Positions 35,930 through 50,349 of a DNA stretch of 64,000 nt are shown here, in pieces. The notes under the pieces were generated by a model, which had not been told where the DNA came from, made no database searches, and saw only the letters and a program-made list of their open reading frames with translations. The stretch is taken from positions 124,001-188,000 of the forward strand of contig JALDZX010000041.1 of the NCBI GenBank assembly GCA_022813865.1. The letters are read 5' to 3'. A program made the translations under genes and the position numbers. Positions within the stretch are counted from its first letter, which is position 1; each line of letters starts with the position of its first letter. The DNA is from Xylographa opegraphella. Taxonomy: Eukaryota.

Positions 35930-38273
35930 ATGGCTTCCGAAGATGTCCCAATGAATGACCACACAATGACATCGGCAAGTAGAGTAATAAAAAAGAGGAA
36001 TCGCTTACCGCTCTCTTGCGAAGCATGTCGGCTGAGAAAGTCAGTTGTGAGGAATCCATTTCCACCGAATCAACCGGTGGTTCTACTATCCTCGTGTGGC
36101 AGGATCCTCGGTCTGTTGACGCTGACTCTATATCAGGTTGAAATGCAATCGACAGCGCCCATGTCAGAATTGCATAGCCAGAGCTGCTCCTGATTCGTGT
36201 TCCTATGTTGTGCAGACTAGCAACGGTGTCAGTGCGAAAGTGCATCCTACCGGTACTCAAGAAGTCTATAATCGAGTCAATCGATTGGAGAATCTCGTGT
36301 TATCTTTGATCCCGAAGCAGTCAATACTCGACGACGTTCTCATTACTAATGGTAACAATACCAAGACTCTTATCCCTGGTCGGAATGACCAGACCATCCA
36401 AGTCTCGGAAGAGGCGACAAGAACTCTGCGTATACCGGAATCTGGTGATGTGAGTTTCGTTCTGGATGGTCGCCAATACATTGGCGAAAGCCACTGGGAT
36501 GGCGTTCTACGGGATGTATGTTAGCAAGCAAGCTTTGTCTCTTCCCAGCACCTCAGGATCGCTGATCTCGTACGTCAAGATTGCTTCTGTGAAAAAGTAT
36601 CTTGATTTCGATAGACGAATACAAGAGCAACTACCTCCAATGGTCGAATCAGTAACCCCGGCTCTATTGGCTGGAGTACCTTCACCGATGAAATCGTCAG
36701 ATTTGCTGTCTTCACTACCCTCAAAAGTAGAAGCTGATCAGCTCGTGACCCACTTTTTCCAGACTTATACCCCGGAGCTCCCAAGCGTTCGTATGGCTTC
36801 TCACTATCTAGATTGCAAATGATATGCTGACAAGGATCAGTCATGCTCCACAAACCAACATTCATCAAGCAATATGACAATTATTGGAATGATATATCCA
36901 AGGCTCCTACGATATGGCTTGGACTGTTGTATTCTGTACTTTGCCTGGCTATGCAGTCATATGTTCGCGACGGTGTCGAGCCTCCACAATTTCATGGTAT
37001 CACAGCAAGAACGTCTGATGCGTTCCGAACGAGAGCAGCACAATGTATCTTGGTGTCTGGCATCTCAATTCCTTCTCCCTATTCCATCGAATCCTTCATG
37101 CTGTATGGTCTTTGTGAATACTCCCGACTGTCGAATGGCAACGTCGGCTTCTGGATGTTGTGGGGATTAGTCGTGCGGAAAGCTATACATATGGGATACC
37201 ATAAGGATCCAAAATCATCACCAAGTATATCTCCTTTTGACGGAGAAATCCGACGGAGAGTATGGATGTGTGTTTCGCAGATGGACCTTCTTCTATCCTT
37301 CCAGCTAGGATTACCGACCATGATACGAACAGAAGTGTGCGATGCTGAAACTCCCAGGTATTTACATGAGGAGGAGCTCTCCGAAGATATGCAGGAGCTT
37401 CCGTCATCCAGATCTCCCTCGGACCCAACGCAGATATGTTATCTGATTACAAAACATCATATTCTCCAAGTGTTTGCAAAGGTCATACAATATCTCCATG
37501 ACAGCTCGGAACACTCTTACGATCGTGTTCTCGAACTCAACGACGAGCTCATCCAAGCACGGTTCAAGATCCCTCTCCACCTTCAGCTACAAGATGAACG
37601 ACAGGCGGGGTTTGCCTCTCGATCAATTATGTTAGAACGGATGCAGCTTCAGATGTCCTACCATAAAGCGATCTGCGTGCTGAATAGACGTTATCTATCC
37701 ATGACAATTCCCAAGATCCTACGTTCCCGGTTGTTGTGCCTACAGTCCGCAATGAGTCTCCTCTCTATCCAGATCACCATGCACAAAAGTGGCGTTGGAT
37801 GGTACCACTTCTCTCTAACAAGCCACGACTTTCTCCTCGCAGCCGTCATCGTCTGTCTCGTCCTCCACAACTCCCGCGAATCCAAGACTTTGTTAGATTG
37901 TACATCTGGGGAAATCGACGGTTATACGACAGCGGAACTGTTAAGCGCCCTTGTAATCTCGCGCAAAATATGGGAGGACGTCCTCGAAAGCTCGAGCGAT
38001 GCGCGCCGAGCTGCTCGCGTATTAGGTATCATGCTTGAGAAATTTCGCACACCACCATCAAGGACCATGGCGGAAGAATCACAATCTCATATTAGTGAAG
38101 CAGGCACAACTCCTCTGACTAGCTTTGTCCAAGCCACCACTTCACAGGGTGATAACGAAGTCACTGAACCGAAAACGATACCGACGGTATTCGATTGGAA
38201 TACCTGGGATTCTATCGTCCAATGCGCAGAATTTGATAACCTGGATGGCTTGTGGAACGCGCAGAAGGAATAA
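35930..38273 (+). CDS. Zn(II)2Cys6 transcription factor with fungal-specific middle homology domain
   Basis: SCEACRLRK|LKCNRQRPCQNCIARAAPDSC, YIGESHW, LHKPTF, AIHMGYHKDP, GEIRRRVW, HDFLLAAVIVCL. Three introns. Confidence 0.92.
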
Positions 38274-39129
38274 AGGCTCGTTATGCTCTTTTCTTGGAAG
38301 TAATACCCTCGTTGAATGCGATCAAACTAGTTTGATACTGGGAAAGTATATTACTTGTCTATATCGTCCGTACTCTGTTTTCTTATGCTTCTTTGCGAGG
38401 GTAGCTAATCTTTTTGGTAAGTCTGAGCGATCTATGTTGCTTTTGCTATTTAATGGCTAGCAGGCTACGGGCGTCGTGGCGTTTGAATGGCTTGTGTATT
38501 TGTATCCTACCACTGTCTATTCCCCTCTGTACTTTACATCAACATACAAGTTATGATGTCTCACAGCTATCACACCATTTCATCACACCATCATAATCTC
38601 ATGAACCTTGCTCCATGCGCCATTTCCCCACTCAAGCTATCTCCAATTCCGGTCTTCAAATACTCCTGATTCACCAACTAATTTTCTGAGAATTTCACTA
38701 ATCATATGATCCACTATACGTCGTTCTGTTTATCTGCTCGTCATTTCCTCCACCGTTTCTGCTGATCATGCATTTATACGACGCGCGTTCTATCACTCCA
38801 GAATCACCATCCCTGTTTATCCCATCATAGATTGTATCGAATGTTATGCTCGGCCTTGGTAAAAATGTCTTATGTCCGGACATGTCATGAACGTGGTATA
38901 ACTTCTATGGCTATACACGCTCCTAGAGCCTTAAAGCTTTTTGGGCTTGACATCATGATTTCTGCCTCAAGTCTCTCACAACCACGACTCCAGTACTGTT
39001 ACATTGTGCTCCAATATAAACTCCACTTCTACGACAGGGTACGATTCTCGTGCTATCTCCTTCTAAACATATACACTGGAGTCTGCTACTCTTGATCATC
39101 TCTAAAGCCCTGTCGAGCAGCAGTCGAAT

Positions 39130-40510
39130 TCACGCTCTGACTGTTGGCTTCTTAGACTCCCGAACAGCCCAGGCGATATACTGACGCCAATCTTCTCCGA
39201 CCGTCTCATTCACTGCACTGATTGTTGTGCTACCCCATCCTTTCATCCACGGTACCGTATCTAGCCAGTGAAGGATTACTCCATAATGTGCAAGGATGAT
39301 CAACGCCATGGGGTCGCCCTCTCGCATCATCATCAGGACCTCTGCGGAAAGCTTGACCGGGAATGGCAGAGCGGGCGCCTGTTCTCCTGGCATATTACCA
39401 GCGACCTGGAAGCACTCCCATAAAGTCTCTATCGCTGTTGCGTATGCATCACGAAGAGCGAGTTGCGTGGTAGTCTGATTGTTGCGTTCTTGAAGTCCCG
39501 TCAGAGCATCTTCAATCTCTTTTGGAAGTGCTTGAGATGGATCGGTAGGCTGTAGTAAAAGATGCTTGAAGGGTGAGTTCATAAGCCACTGCACACCACT
39601 TCCAACAATGTCGGCGCAGCCACGCATGACGCTGATCATCTCAAGCATCTCGGGCAGAGGGTTGGTAGGAAATTGTGAGACATGAGGATAGCCGAATATA
39701 TATACTGGCACTACACAGGAGAAGGCGAAGAGCGGGTAGATGTTGCTAGATGTGATCGAGTCCAAGTGGGGCCGGAACAGCGCCAGAGCGGCCGTGTAGT
39801 GTCTGAGAGCAAGGGCGGAATGGGCGAGCTTGTTGACCTGGCTCGTCAGAGCTAGGTGAAGAGCACTGACAGCCAGAACCCCGTGTAGCAGAAAGTCGTA
39901 TTCGAACGCGAGTTGCGGGATGAGATCCCGCCACACGGCCACCGCTCCCGGAGAAGGAGCTATGCTCTTGTGAGCCGAGACAGCAAAGTGGTGCATAAGC
40001 CGCAGGTTATCACGTTCTTCGGACATGAATCCGGGCTCGTCACGATGAGCACTGGGTATGCCGGCGGAGACTTTCGGAGAAGGTACCGTCGACCAGGACT
40101 GATGCTCGGAAGGAGTAGTGTCTGTCGCAGTGTCCAAGCTTGCACTTGTCGCAAAGTAGCCGTTCCCGTCGGTTCCAGGGGATTTTGAATTATCGTAGGG
40201 ATGCTCGCTGGGCTGATGGAGCTTCGAAGCGTGAATGAAAATGATGGAAGGCTCTCCACTGCGAAACGAGCAATGCAGGCCCGCCCTTTGACATTTTATA
40301 CAACTGGGCTTCTGCTCATCGCACTGAAAAGGGTTAATTCAAGTGCGTCCTACAAAACAAGAATAGACCGATCCAAAGGCAGCAATTGATTGTTCTCGTC
40401 AGATTGAGCGTCATAGACTACCATTGGGGAATTGAGCTCACCTTGGTTCTTTTGCCCTTGCATTGGACACATCCATGGCGGCTCTTCGCATGGAAGCGCC
40501 TAGACGGCAT
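39130..40510 (-). CDS. Upc2/Ecm22-like Zn(II)2Cys6 transcription factor
   Basis: MPSRRFHAKSRHGCVQCKGKRTK|CDEQKPSCIKCQRAGLHC (intron about 40441-40324), LRLMHHF, FLLHGVLAVSALHL, PMALIILAHY, WMKGWG. Confidence 0.88.
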
Positions 40511-41206
40511 ATTCTACGCTGCAGGTGGTCTACTTTAAATCTGGAGTCCAATCATTCGTTACAGCAATGTGCATTATTGGCTGTACAATGACGCATCGTA
40601 TAGATGTCCCGAAGAAGTCTAGTGCGAGTATGCTAGCGTTGGCTTTATCCTAGCTCAAAGACTTTCCCACATTCTGTTTTTGTTTCGCATTTTACAGCAC
40701 ATTATCACCAACTGATCATCATCGGCACTCACAGGAAGAGGATTCGTACGAGTCATTGCGAGCGGTGTGACGTCGCAACGAAGCAGAGTCTACATCAAAC
40801 GAGACATCAAACGTGGCTGAGCACGGATGGAAGCTAGTGTACGGAATACGCTGTACGAGCACGGGAGTGCCACGCGGTACGGCTGTTGATCCCTACCATC
40901 TCGAACACCTTTCCCGATTTGGCAATCTATACACTGTCGTTTATCGCGAACACTGCTCCGTCGATCTGGAGCTATGTACAAGTGTATGATATCAGTGATG
41001 ATGAAGATGTATATATGTTCAGCTTCGTGCTGCTGTTTTTCTGCACACAAGTGCTCCCTCTTAGTATCTTGCCCCCTCACTCCAGCACACACTCTTGCTT
41101 GCTCGCCCTATTCACCCATCTCTTTGCGAGTGCAGCTTTGACAATTTCCCTACCCAATCTCTCTTCTTCTGTCGCGTCGATCATCGAAGTCTCAAGCATC
41201 ATCAAG
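40511..41206. promoter_or_regulatory. Divergent promoter with SRE/AR1-like TCGT(A/T)TA sites
   Basis: TCGTATA at 40596-40602, TCGTTTA at 40937-40943, palindromic TCGTACGA near 40744 and further TCGT cores. TATA-like TATATA near 41010. Confidence 0.5.
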
Positions 41207-42146
41207 ATGGGCGGTATCAAGACCTCCTCCGATGTGTTCGAATACTTCCGCTACACGCCCTCCGTCCCCGCAGCCGCCATTTTCGTCGCGCTCTTCTCAC
41301 TCACTACCGCTGTGCACACGTACCAGATTGCTCGCACACGGACATGGATTCTTCTCCCAATCGCACTGGGTGGCTATTGTAAGGTTCCCATCCCATCGTC
41401 CTCCATGCACCATAAACTAACACCCGTACCTAGGCGAAGCTATCGGTTACATCGGCCGCATCCTCTGCAGCTCCCAAGCTCCCAACTTTACCATGGGGAC
41501 GTACCTCCTTGAAAACCTACTCACACTCCTGGCGCCCGCTCTCTTTGCCGCCTCCATATACATGTGCCTTGGACGCATCATCCGGGCCACAGACGGCGAA
41601 GCCTTCTCGCTCATCCGCCCTCAGCGCCTCACAGCTCTATTCGTCACGGGCGACATCCTCGGCCTCGCCATCCAAGGCGGCGGCGCAGGGGTCATGACCG
41701 CCGGCTCGCTCGCCGACTTCTACGCGGGCGAGAAAATCGTCATCGCCGGTCTCGCGGTGCTGGTTGCCTCCTTCGGGCTCTTCGTCTTCGTGGCACTGGT
41801 ATTCGACATCCGCATGCGGCGGGCCCCAACCGCGCGCAGCTGCGAGTCTGGGCTCGACTGGCGCACGGATCTGAAGGCGCTGTACATCGGCAGCGCGCTC
41901 ATCTTCGTGCGCTCCATCTTCCGGCTGGTGGAGTACTCGCAGGGCAACGCAGGGTGGCTGATCGAGCACGAGTGGACGTTCTACGTCTTCGACTCGATGC
42001 TGATGTTCGCGGTAATGCTGCTGTTCAATGTGCTGCATCCGAGTCACGTCAAGGCGATGTTGCAGGGTGGGAGGTATTTCGAAAAGGGGGGCTGGAGGAT
42101 CGTGGAGGTGCCGGTGGAGAAGACGGGTGAGGTGGAGGATGTTTGA
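41207..42146 (+). CDS. RTA1-family lipid-translocating exporter
   Basis: YFRYTPSVPAAAIF, intron about 41379-41433, LLAPALFAASIYMCLGRII, FVTGDIL, RSIFRLVEY, HEWTFYVFDSMLM, LHP. Confidence 0.92.
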
Positions 42147-42786
42147 GGTGGGGTTTTGTTAGTATTCTGGGGGTTTCTTTTTGATGGCCGGATTTTTGTG
42201 GCGATTTAGCGATGAGGTTTGGAGTCGGGTGGATATGTCATTGGACCATTTTATGGGCAAAATTTATCGGAGTCGGGTTTAATTGCCATCTGCTATCTTC
42301 CAATTGAGCCATCAAAGCAAGTGCGTCTTCGCCAAACAGAAATCAACGCTCGCACTGTGTATTGAAGTGAGATGTACCGTAGCAAAACCTCCGACGATAA
42401 CCACAACACGAACCAACTCACAAACTCAGCCGGACGGGAATCGCCATCATTGCCAAAGTGGAGACCGCCCGGCACCACGGAACCGACAGGGCCTTGTTCC
42501 TCTCCTTTCCATTAAGGTGGCATGCATCCTTGCAAAACCATACGTGCAGCGGGTCTCGGCTTCGTGTCCAATAAATGTAGGTGCTCGGCTCTAGTATAAG
42601 CGCGATGGGAGCTCCATCGTCCACGGTGCGGATTAAGGTGTCTTTGCAGATAGCGTACAGAGCACATCTGGCACTAAGATACTTACTCCGTACCTCTCTC
42701 CAATATCAAAAGATCCACTTCCCAACTCCACACACGACGACTGCGCGACAAGACTGCCACCACCAGTACCACCCCCTTCTTCCCCT

Positions 42787-44506
42787 TCACCCCCTGCCTC
42801 CAAACCCCGCCTCCATCAACCGCTGCCCAACGCCCCCCTCCCCATCCCCATCCGCCCCCCCCATCTCCATCTCAAACTCCTCCTCCCCCACCCCATCCCG
42901 CTCGCCATCTCCCTCCTCCTCGGCGCCATACGCACCCATACCCTGCGCGGCAGCCATGATCTGCGGATCGATCTGCATATGCCCGTAGGAGCCACGCATG
43001 CGCGCGACAGGCGCGCCGCCCTGGCCCTGCAGATCGTCAACGGAGGCGGCGGCGAAGCGGGCATTTGTCCCGTCCCCGGCATGCGCATGCGCATGCCGCC
43101 CCATCTCCTCGTCCCCTTCCCGCCGACGCGCCTGCTCGCCCGCAGGCCCGTCGCCCAGCACGACGAGGCGCTCGATGCGCGCGTTCGGATCGGCGTCCGC
43201 GCGCCGCTGCCCGCCCGGCACGGGGAGCTTGCCGCCCTCCTTGCAGTCGACGCAGTTGCGGATGGCGAGGCTGACGGTCTCCTTGATGCGCACCCAGTGG
43301 AAGCGCTCGGCGATGGTGGCCGTCGTCTTATTGATGCCGCCGTGCCCCTGGGCGTGCACGGCGCGCGCGATCTCGTACTGCCGCTGCGCGTCGGCGACGA
43401 CTTCCTTGTCCTTGAGCATGAGCCGCTCCTCGCCGTCGGCGGCGGCGGTGGCTACGGCCCCGCCCGCCTCCTCCCCCTCCGCCGCCGCCGGTGGCAGCAG
43501 CTTGTAGTGCGTAGCGGCGCTGCGCAGGCGAGATTTCTCGGCGCGGTCCGCGCCCGCGGGGTACTTGCCGTGCTTGAGGTAGTAGCGGATCTTGTCGAAG
43601 CGCTCTTCGGAGACGAAGTCCTCGCCGTCCGGGCCGAGGTCGCGGCCGTAGATGATGGCGTCGATGAGGGTGTCCGGGTGGGAGCACAGGGCGCCGCAGC
43701 GGGGGACGCGGCCGATGCGTTTGAAGCCTAGGGCGTCCCAGATGCGGCACGAGGCGAGGTTGGTTTCGTACACGAGGTTGAAGACGGAGTACGTGTAGCC
43801 CTGAGGGTGGGGCAGTTAGCGCTGCTATAAGCAAATAGGAGCGGGTACAGAGAAGACATAGCTGGAGGCCGCGCACTGAGCTATTGGACAAAAGGAAAGT
43901 CCGCAAAGCATGGCAAGGGGGAAAACGAGCATCAACATCACCCTCGCGCACCACCGCCACCCACGCACTCACCAGCTTCGGCGCCCACTCCAAATAGCCC
44001 TCGCCCATCAACCTGCCGACGCCCTTGTTGCGCTCATTATCCGTGACCAAGAACCCCCCATTGCACACATGACTGCTGCGGCCCGGATAATTCGGCTTCA
44101 CGTAGAAACTGCCCAGACAGACCCTCGCCCAATCGACCCGGCCGCTGCGCTCCCACATGCTCAGCTCCTGCACGCTCTCCACGGGCCCCAGCACCATCAC
44201 GGCGCCAAAGGCGCCGAACCAGTAGCCGCCGAACACGGACAGCGGGATGGGCGTCAGCATGGGGTAGGTGTCGCCCTTTTCGATCTCGCGGTTGAGCTGG
44301 TCGGAGAGGTAGGCCAGCAGGGTGGGGGGCACTTGCTCCGGAGAGGAGAAGGGGAGCAGGGTGGCGATGGTGATGCGGTCGCGGAGGGTGACTTGGCGGG
44401 GGATGATGGTGGGAGGAAGGAAGGGGACGCCGGGGGTAGGGAAAGGAGCAGGGCCGGAGGAGCGGGTGAGTGGCGGGGCCAGCGGGTCGTCGAGCATGGC
44501 TGGCAT
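42787..44506 (-). CDS. SPT10: Spt10-like GNAT acetyltransferase with H2C2 zinc-binding domain (histone gene activator)
   Basis: EIEKGDTYP, CLGSFYVKPNYPGRSSHVCNGGF, then after one intron GYTYSVFNLVYETN, HAQGHGGINKTT...WVRIKETV...CVDC. Confidence 0.92.
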
Positions 44507-45244
44507 CGTGGCCGAAGGGTGCTGTTGCGATATCTTTCGATGGTGGCTGCCTCGTAAGGTACCTTGGCAAAGCTAGGTTCCACGGTGATCCTGGCGACGA
44601 GCGCTGAATTGCCTGAGGAGCTGAGTCAGCACATAGTCCTCACGGTCGCAATAAGTGGAGAGGCAACCGCTGACCAGCAGCTGGGACCCCGGAGCAGCGA
44701 CTGGGACACACCTGCGCTTCTGTTTACTTCCCGTACCGTGACTTAGGGTTTCGCAAGCCTTGCAACCCCCCTCGGTCGCGCTCAAGTATCCTAGAGAACG
44801 GAGAATGTTCTGTCACGCTTTGAGCGTTGGGGAAGTGATGAGAAGTACGGAACAGAGCGAGATTTGTGGGTGGAAAGCTTACGCGGAAGGCCGCTAGGCG
44901 CCAGAAGGGAAAGCGTCGGTTCGAGAATCAATTTCACCGAACTGACCTCTCTCTTGAGATGGATTTCTTACAAAATAGCTGAAAGGCTGTTGAACATGGA
45001 GTCGGGAACAGTGCACAAGGGTATATCGGTGAAGAGAACAAGAAGACGCACAGTATTATGCGGGTCAGACCAAGAATTTGTAAAGGCTACGAGAAGGATT
45101 ACCCTCTCGTGCTAATGTGAAGCCCGTGACGCCGTTCGTCTCAACGGAGTCGCTGATGCAGTACTAAGCGCAATCAAATCATCTCCGGTAAAAGCGTCAA
45201 CATCGTAGACATCTCGAAGATGTGGGTATATAGAAAGCATCTCA

Positions 45245-48200
45245 TCAAGTCGTCACCGCATCCACAGCGTCGGAACCATTCGTAGCAGTCGACACCCTTC
45301 CACCGTCAGCGTCGGCCTCCAAAGCCCGTGCCTTTTCAGCGTAAACCTTCTCTTTCTGTACCTGAGCTGCTTGCAGGCAGTCCGCATAAGTTCTGAACTT
45401 TACAATCTCGCGCAAGAGATATGAGGATTTGCGCTCCCAATTACTCATGGCTTTGTTATGGTTGGGATGGCGTGGTGAGAACTGCTTTCTCGTCAGTACC
45501 GTTCCTTACCCGTTCTCGGTCCCAAACTCACAGTAAGGAGCATTGCACTTCTCAATTGATTATGCTTCTGGAGGTCATCTTCAATGTTTTTGACATACGT
45601 AAGCAGCGCTTTCAGCTGATCGACCTCCATGAGGACGCTAGCCATCATGCTCTGCTGCGGTGGTGTCCAGTCACTGATCACAACTCTGTCACCTGGGAGC
45701 CGAGGTCGTGTACTTCCTTGATCCAACGAGCTCCGGATGGAGCTTTGCAAGCTTGGTCGATTCATTCCTAGGTTTGATGGTGGCCTGCTTTCATTCGACG
45801 ATACCAGAGAAAAATTGATCACTCCCTCACTCCACCCATATTCAACATTGCTGATACCTCCCACGAGTGGCTCTTTCGATAACCTCGCACTCCAGTAATT
45901 GGCCGTGCTGACAAACTCTTTCACGATCTCTGGCGTTCCAACCTGGAACAGGTGTACTGCCCCAGTCGGTAAGCTCAAAGCCCAGACATGAGGCCGTAAC
46001 TTCGAGTATCCGGGTGGAGGAAGCGCACTAGCAATAGTCTGTCGTAGCAAGAACTTCCCGAGAGGTTCAGCATTCTCGGTCCAGTTACCACCACCCACAA
46101 CGCCACCTGGTAGCTTCTGGTTCTTGGCTTTCAGACGCATGGACTTTGCATTCATATTGAATTGGAATAGCCGCATCCATCCCTTCTCGACGACTGCAAA
46201 GCACTCGTTCCAGTGTCGGTCTTTGGCCTTTTTGTCGCCTGACTCCAGGTGGTGCTTATGCTTGAGTATGCCTTCTTTTGCCCAAGGTGCTCCTGCCAGC
46301 TCTAGACTTTCGTCCTCTAGAAGTGTAGCTGCACGTAAACTTTCCTCGGCAAAGCTACTTCCAACGGCTTCTTCGCGGATTATTGCTTGACTTAGAGCGT
46401 TCGCGAATCCGATCGATTGCTGGTAGTCGCCATGAGGATAACTCGAGGCAAAGGAAGTGACAGACATCGAAGTCTGCGTCTTCCCGATGGAGTATTTGCT
46501 CCAAATACTCGAGGCGGATGGACTCATCATGGAAGAGTCATCGTCAAAGCTCGTCCTACTCGATGGCACAATCGAAGACGGATAGAGGCGTGGTCTCGAC
46601 CTTGTCTTTGAGGTCCATCGTCCAGTAGCGATCCGAGACTCCAAAAGTCTTCCTCGCGTTGTTTGACTTTCGGACCCAGCTTTGCTTAGCATACTGGGGG
46701 TGCGACGAAGCACATTATTGGCGAAAACAGACAGAGTATTGGACGATGGATTAGGCTCGACCGCTTTCTCGAGATCTTCACTGCCGAACAGAGGCAGTCG
46801 TTGCTGACGAATAGAATTGTAAAAGTCCTTCAGCACAATTTCAACCTGCACTTCCCAAGTACTAAGTCGACCATAGAAGGGCGCTCGCACAAGAGGCCCG
46901 CAGTCATCCGTAGGAGCATCGAAGTCAAGTGGCGTGAGTGCTGCACTGGGAGGAGCATCGTGCTCCGATCGATCCGACGGCCGGGTTACGAGTTGTTCAC
47001 TGGGTCGACGAGCATGTACGGGGGTAGCTGTGTCGCGCGATTCCTGTGGCATCGATGCGGGTACAATCCCAGGGGAAGCTGAGTCCGGAGATTGACCATT
47101 AGCCTGTGGCAGAATAGATGCACGAAAATTCTTGAAAGCGTGAGGAGCTGCATCAGTGGCAACCCGCCTGATGGTAGGCATAGTGTTCTTGATGAACTGT
47201 GAGCGTGTCATCTTCTGCTCGATTTCAGCCATATGTAGGTCAGTATTGAGCAGTAGAATAGAGTAGCAGATGGTGTGCACAACATCTGGACCATTAATTA
47301 GCCACGAAATTATGACTAGTGTTCCGAGACTCACCTGTAGCTTTGAATCCATGGTTGGGATTGCAAGTACACCAGCGGACGGAGAAAGCGTCAAGAATAC
47401 GATCAACTTGCTGAGTTTCTGCTTTTAACAGCAGTTGATTACAGAAACTACGCAGAGCTGCCAAAATATTGAGATTTTGCCAGTCGAAAAGTTCCATGTA
47501 AGCAGACCGTACTCTGGTACGGTCCGCGCCGAAATCACCAAGCCATACAGCCGCACTTGACTGATCTACGGCATCATCCCCTCCCTCGAATATTTTCTTC
47601 GCTAGGATTCGATCGTCATCCGTTGGTTCGGAAGGATTACTCTCAAGTTCTTCCACTTGGTCATGGTTTGTGTCTGAGGCGTCTTCAACATGGGGAGTGA
47701 TCTCCACGGTAGGGGTTGGAAGCTGGGACAGGGTGGGCGTGGGAAGCTTAGACGTTGCCGATTTGTAATCACTGAGAATGGACTCTGCTGAGGCTTGTAC
47801 AGATTCCTGACTCTCATAAGGATGTGGCAGCTTCGTAGAACCCCGAAGATCTTCTTCGGATGCAGTGGGTTGCAACCAAACACGATGGGACCGGTGAGAT
47901 CCCATACTTGGCGATGACTCTTCTCTTGTTGGTGTCAACAAAACGCTTCCTCCATTCCAGTCCTTGGAAGTTGTTCTTTTGGTTACCACCGCTGGATATT
48001 TCGGCTTGGCGGTATTGGTGCTAAGTAAAGCTAGTGGCTGGCTTTCCGTCGGTAGTCTGGGCAGCTCTTTGTCAGAGCCGGACCTCGAATGGGATACCTT
48101 ACCGGGGTCGAGCATAATATGCTTAGACACGATAGTTTTAGGCGCACCAGTGAAATCTGTGGACCTTTGCATAGGAAACGGCTCGATCGTTCCGTTTTTC

Positions 48201-50137
48201 GCTGGTACATGACAAGCTTCCGTCTGGACTGGAAAATTATGGTCCTCGCTGATATGCGCAGGGAACGACTTTTCCTGCAATGATTGACCCACAAGCGAAG
48301 TATCGTGACTGGCTTTGAAGCTACCATCGCTTTGCGGGAGCAGAGATTCTTCAGTGTCATGTAAATATTCGACGGTGGGATAGGACAATTGATCAGGATT
48401 GGATAGCGATTGATCTGGTAATGTAAAGTCCGGAAACTTGCTCAGTTCCAGATCAGTTTGGTTGCTATCACTGCGTTGTCGTATGTTGCGTGACGCGGCA
48501 GGACTGTTCAGATACGGATCCATGACTTTGCGAAGGCTACTGACAGGGCTTGACTCCACAGCTGCCATTGGAGACGTGGCTTGCATCTGAGGATGAAGGA
48601 GCACCGGCCGTACCGGAAGTGGTACATGATCAGAAATGGACTTCTTCCGGCGGCGAAAGAAGGACGACTTTTTATTCAATGGGGCCTGTGGTAGATCCTT
48701 TGAAGCGTTTCTGACTGGTATCGCCGGTGCACCGCCGGCAGACATCATTCCCGACATCATACCGTCTGTTCTTTGCCCACTACGACTGCCTGCCCTCGAA
48801 TTTCCGTATGACGCAGAATGATGTGCCATCGGAGCCTGCGAGCCGTTTGTAGTGGGCGTGGAAGTCTTTGCAGATCCGAATACTCTCCGGAAGAAGCCCG
48901 GTCTCTCCTTGATTGACGTTACCTGTGCCTCTCCGGAGTTCTCCGAATGCTTCTGCTCCAGTAAAGAAGGATCCCGAACGATCAATTTGTCGGCTCGCGA
49001 AACAGCCACAGCATCTTTCGAGTTATTTCTGGTGTGGACGTAAGATCCGTCTTTTCCCCTATTTCGCACGGAATCTAGGACATTGCCCGATTCATGCCGA
49101 CTGAAAAGTGTTCCTTGTGATCGTTTGCTATCTTTTCGCCGGAGAGGTAATGTCTGGCCGGTGGCTCGAGCCGGAGGAGGGAAAGTAGCGGCAGGTTGAG
49201 GAGAATATGGACCCCGAGGGCCGGCCGGAATTGTTGGATTTGGAGCAGCGTCGTCGTTATCGTATTGAAAATGGTGAGATGGATCTGTAGTGACAGTATT
49301 GTGTGTGAACGTAGTCGTCCCCAGTGTGAAAGCGGTAGACCGATTACTGTAGCCATGGTCAAAGCTTGCTGAACGTCGTTCGACGGCGCGCTGCCATCGA
49401 GGACCCATCTGACCAAAATCCAGACTCGAAGAACCACTGCTCTTGCTGCCCTTCCTCCCGCTCGACGGAGTGGGGATCGTCCTGCCGCCCGGTCCTCCAG
49501 CTCGTGGTGTGCCATATATTTTCTTCCTAGCGTCAGCGGACTGCTCGCCCTCCATCGCGCGGACGCTATCTATTCTCCCAAGCGCAGACTGGAAATTTGT
49601 ACTGCTGTTGCTGCCATGGCCACGTGGGGGACGGCTTGGGGAGCGTGAAGCAGAGTCGTCTCCTTGCATATCGTAATCGGAAGAAATGGAGGACGAAAGG
49701 GTGTGGCTACGCTCTCGAGTGGTGGTCCGGCGGGGTGGTGTATACTGATCTTCAACATCGAAGGGCGAGTACGTTGTCTTTGATCCACGGTTGGTCGAGC
49801 CACTTCCGACGAATAACTGGTCTAAAGACAATAACATGTTATCAACGACTGACTCCCGCGTCTGCCTTGGTGACCATGATAGGTCGTGAGAATCACTCCT
49901 ATTGCGATTGGTCCTGTTGGACTGTCCCCTTGCATTATTGAAGGTGTCAGGAAGGGCAGGTCTTTTCCTGGCGGCTCTCGCTTTGCCCTTACCTCTGGCG
50001 GCTCGATTGATTGGAGATGGTGTGCGAGGTGGGGAGTCCGTGTACGGTGTGTGCCTCCGTGCATCGGCGGTGCTGGATGGTGCTTGCGGCGTTGGAGGTA
50101 GCACGACAGCAGCCGATCGCTCTACTCTCCTGGCCAT
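45245..50137 (-). CDS. Sec7 + PH domain Arf guanine-nucleotide exchange factor (Syt1/Yel1-EFA6 class)
   Basis: Long disordered N-terminus, then Sec7 motifs LKAETQQVDRIL and DVVHTICYSILLLNTDLH, PH motifs GAPWAKEG, NYWSARLSKEPL, and NWERKSSYLLREIVKF. Two introns. Confidence 0.9.
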
Positions 50138-50245
50138 ACTTGATCCAGGTACTGTCTGAGCTTTGACAGCACCAAAGATTCAGAAGGAGCTATCCATTGA
50201 GGCAAGCCCGGAACGAGCAGCGGCAAGACTCCTTGGTGGGGGGGG

Positions 50246-50349
50246 NNNNNNNNNNNNNNNNNNNNNNNNNNNNNNNNNNNNNNNNNNNNNNNNNNNNNNN
50301 NNNNNNNNNNNNNNNNNNNNNNNNNNNNNNNNNNNNNNNNNNNNNNNNN
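50246..50349. other. Assembly gap (N run) flanked by poly-G tracts
   Basis: 104 N bounded by G runs on both sides, upstream of the Sec7 gene start. Confidence 0.98.

Noticed and set aside
35930..42146. Two Zn2Cys6 factors plus a transporter as a secondary-metabolite cluster
   Set aside because: No backbone enzyme (PKS, NRPS, terpene synthase) or tailoring genes nearby.
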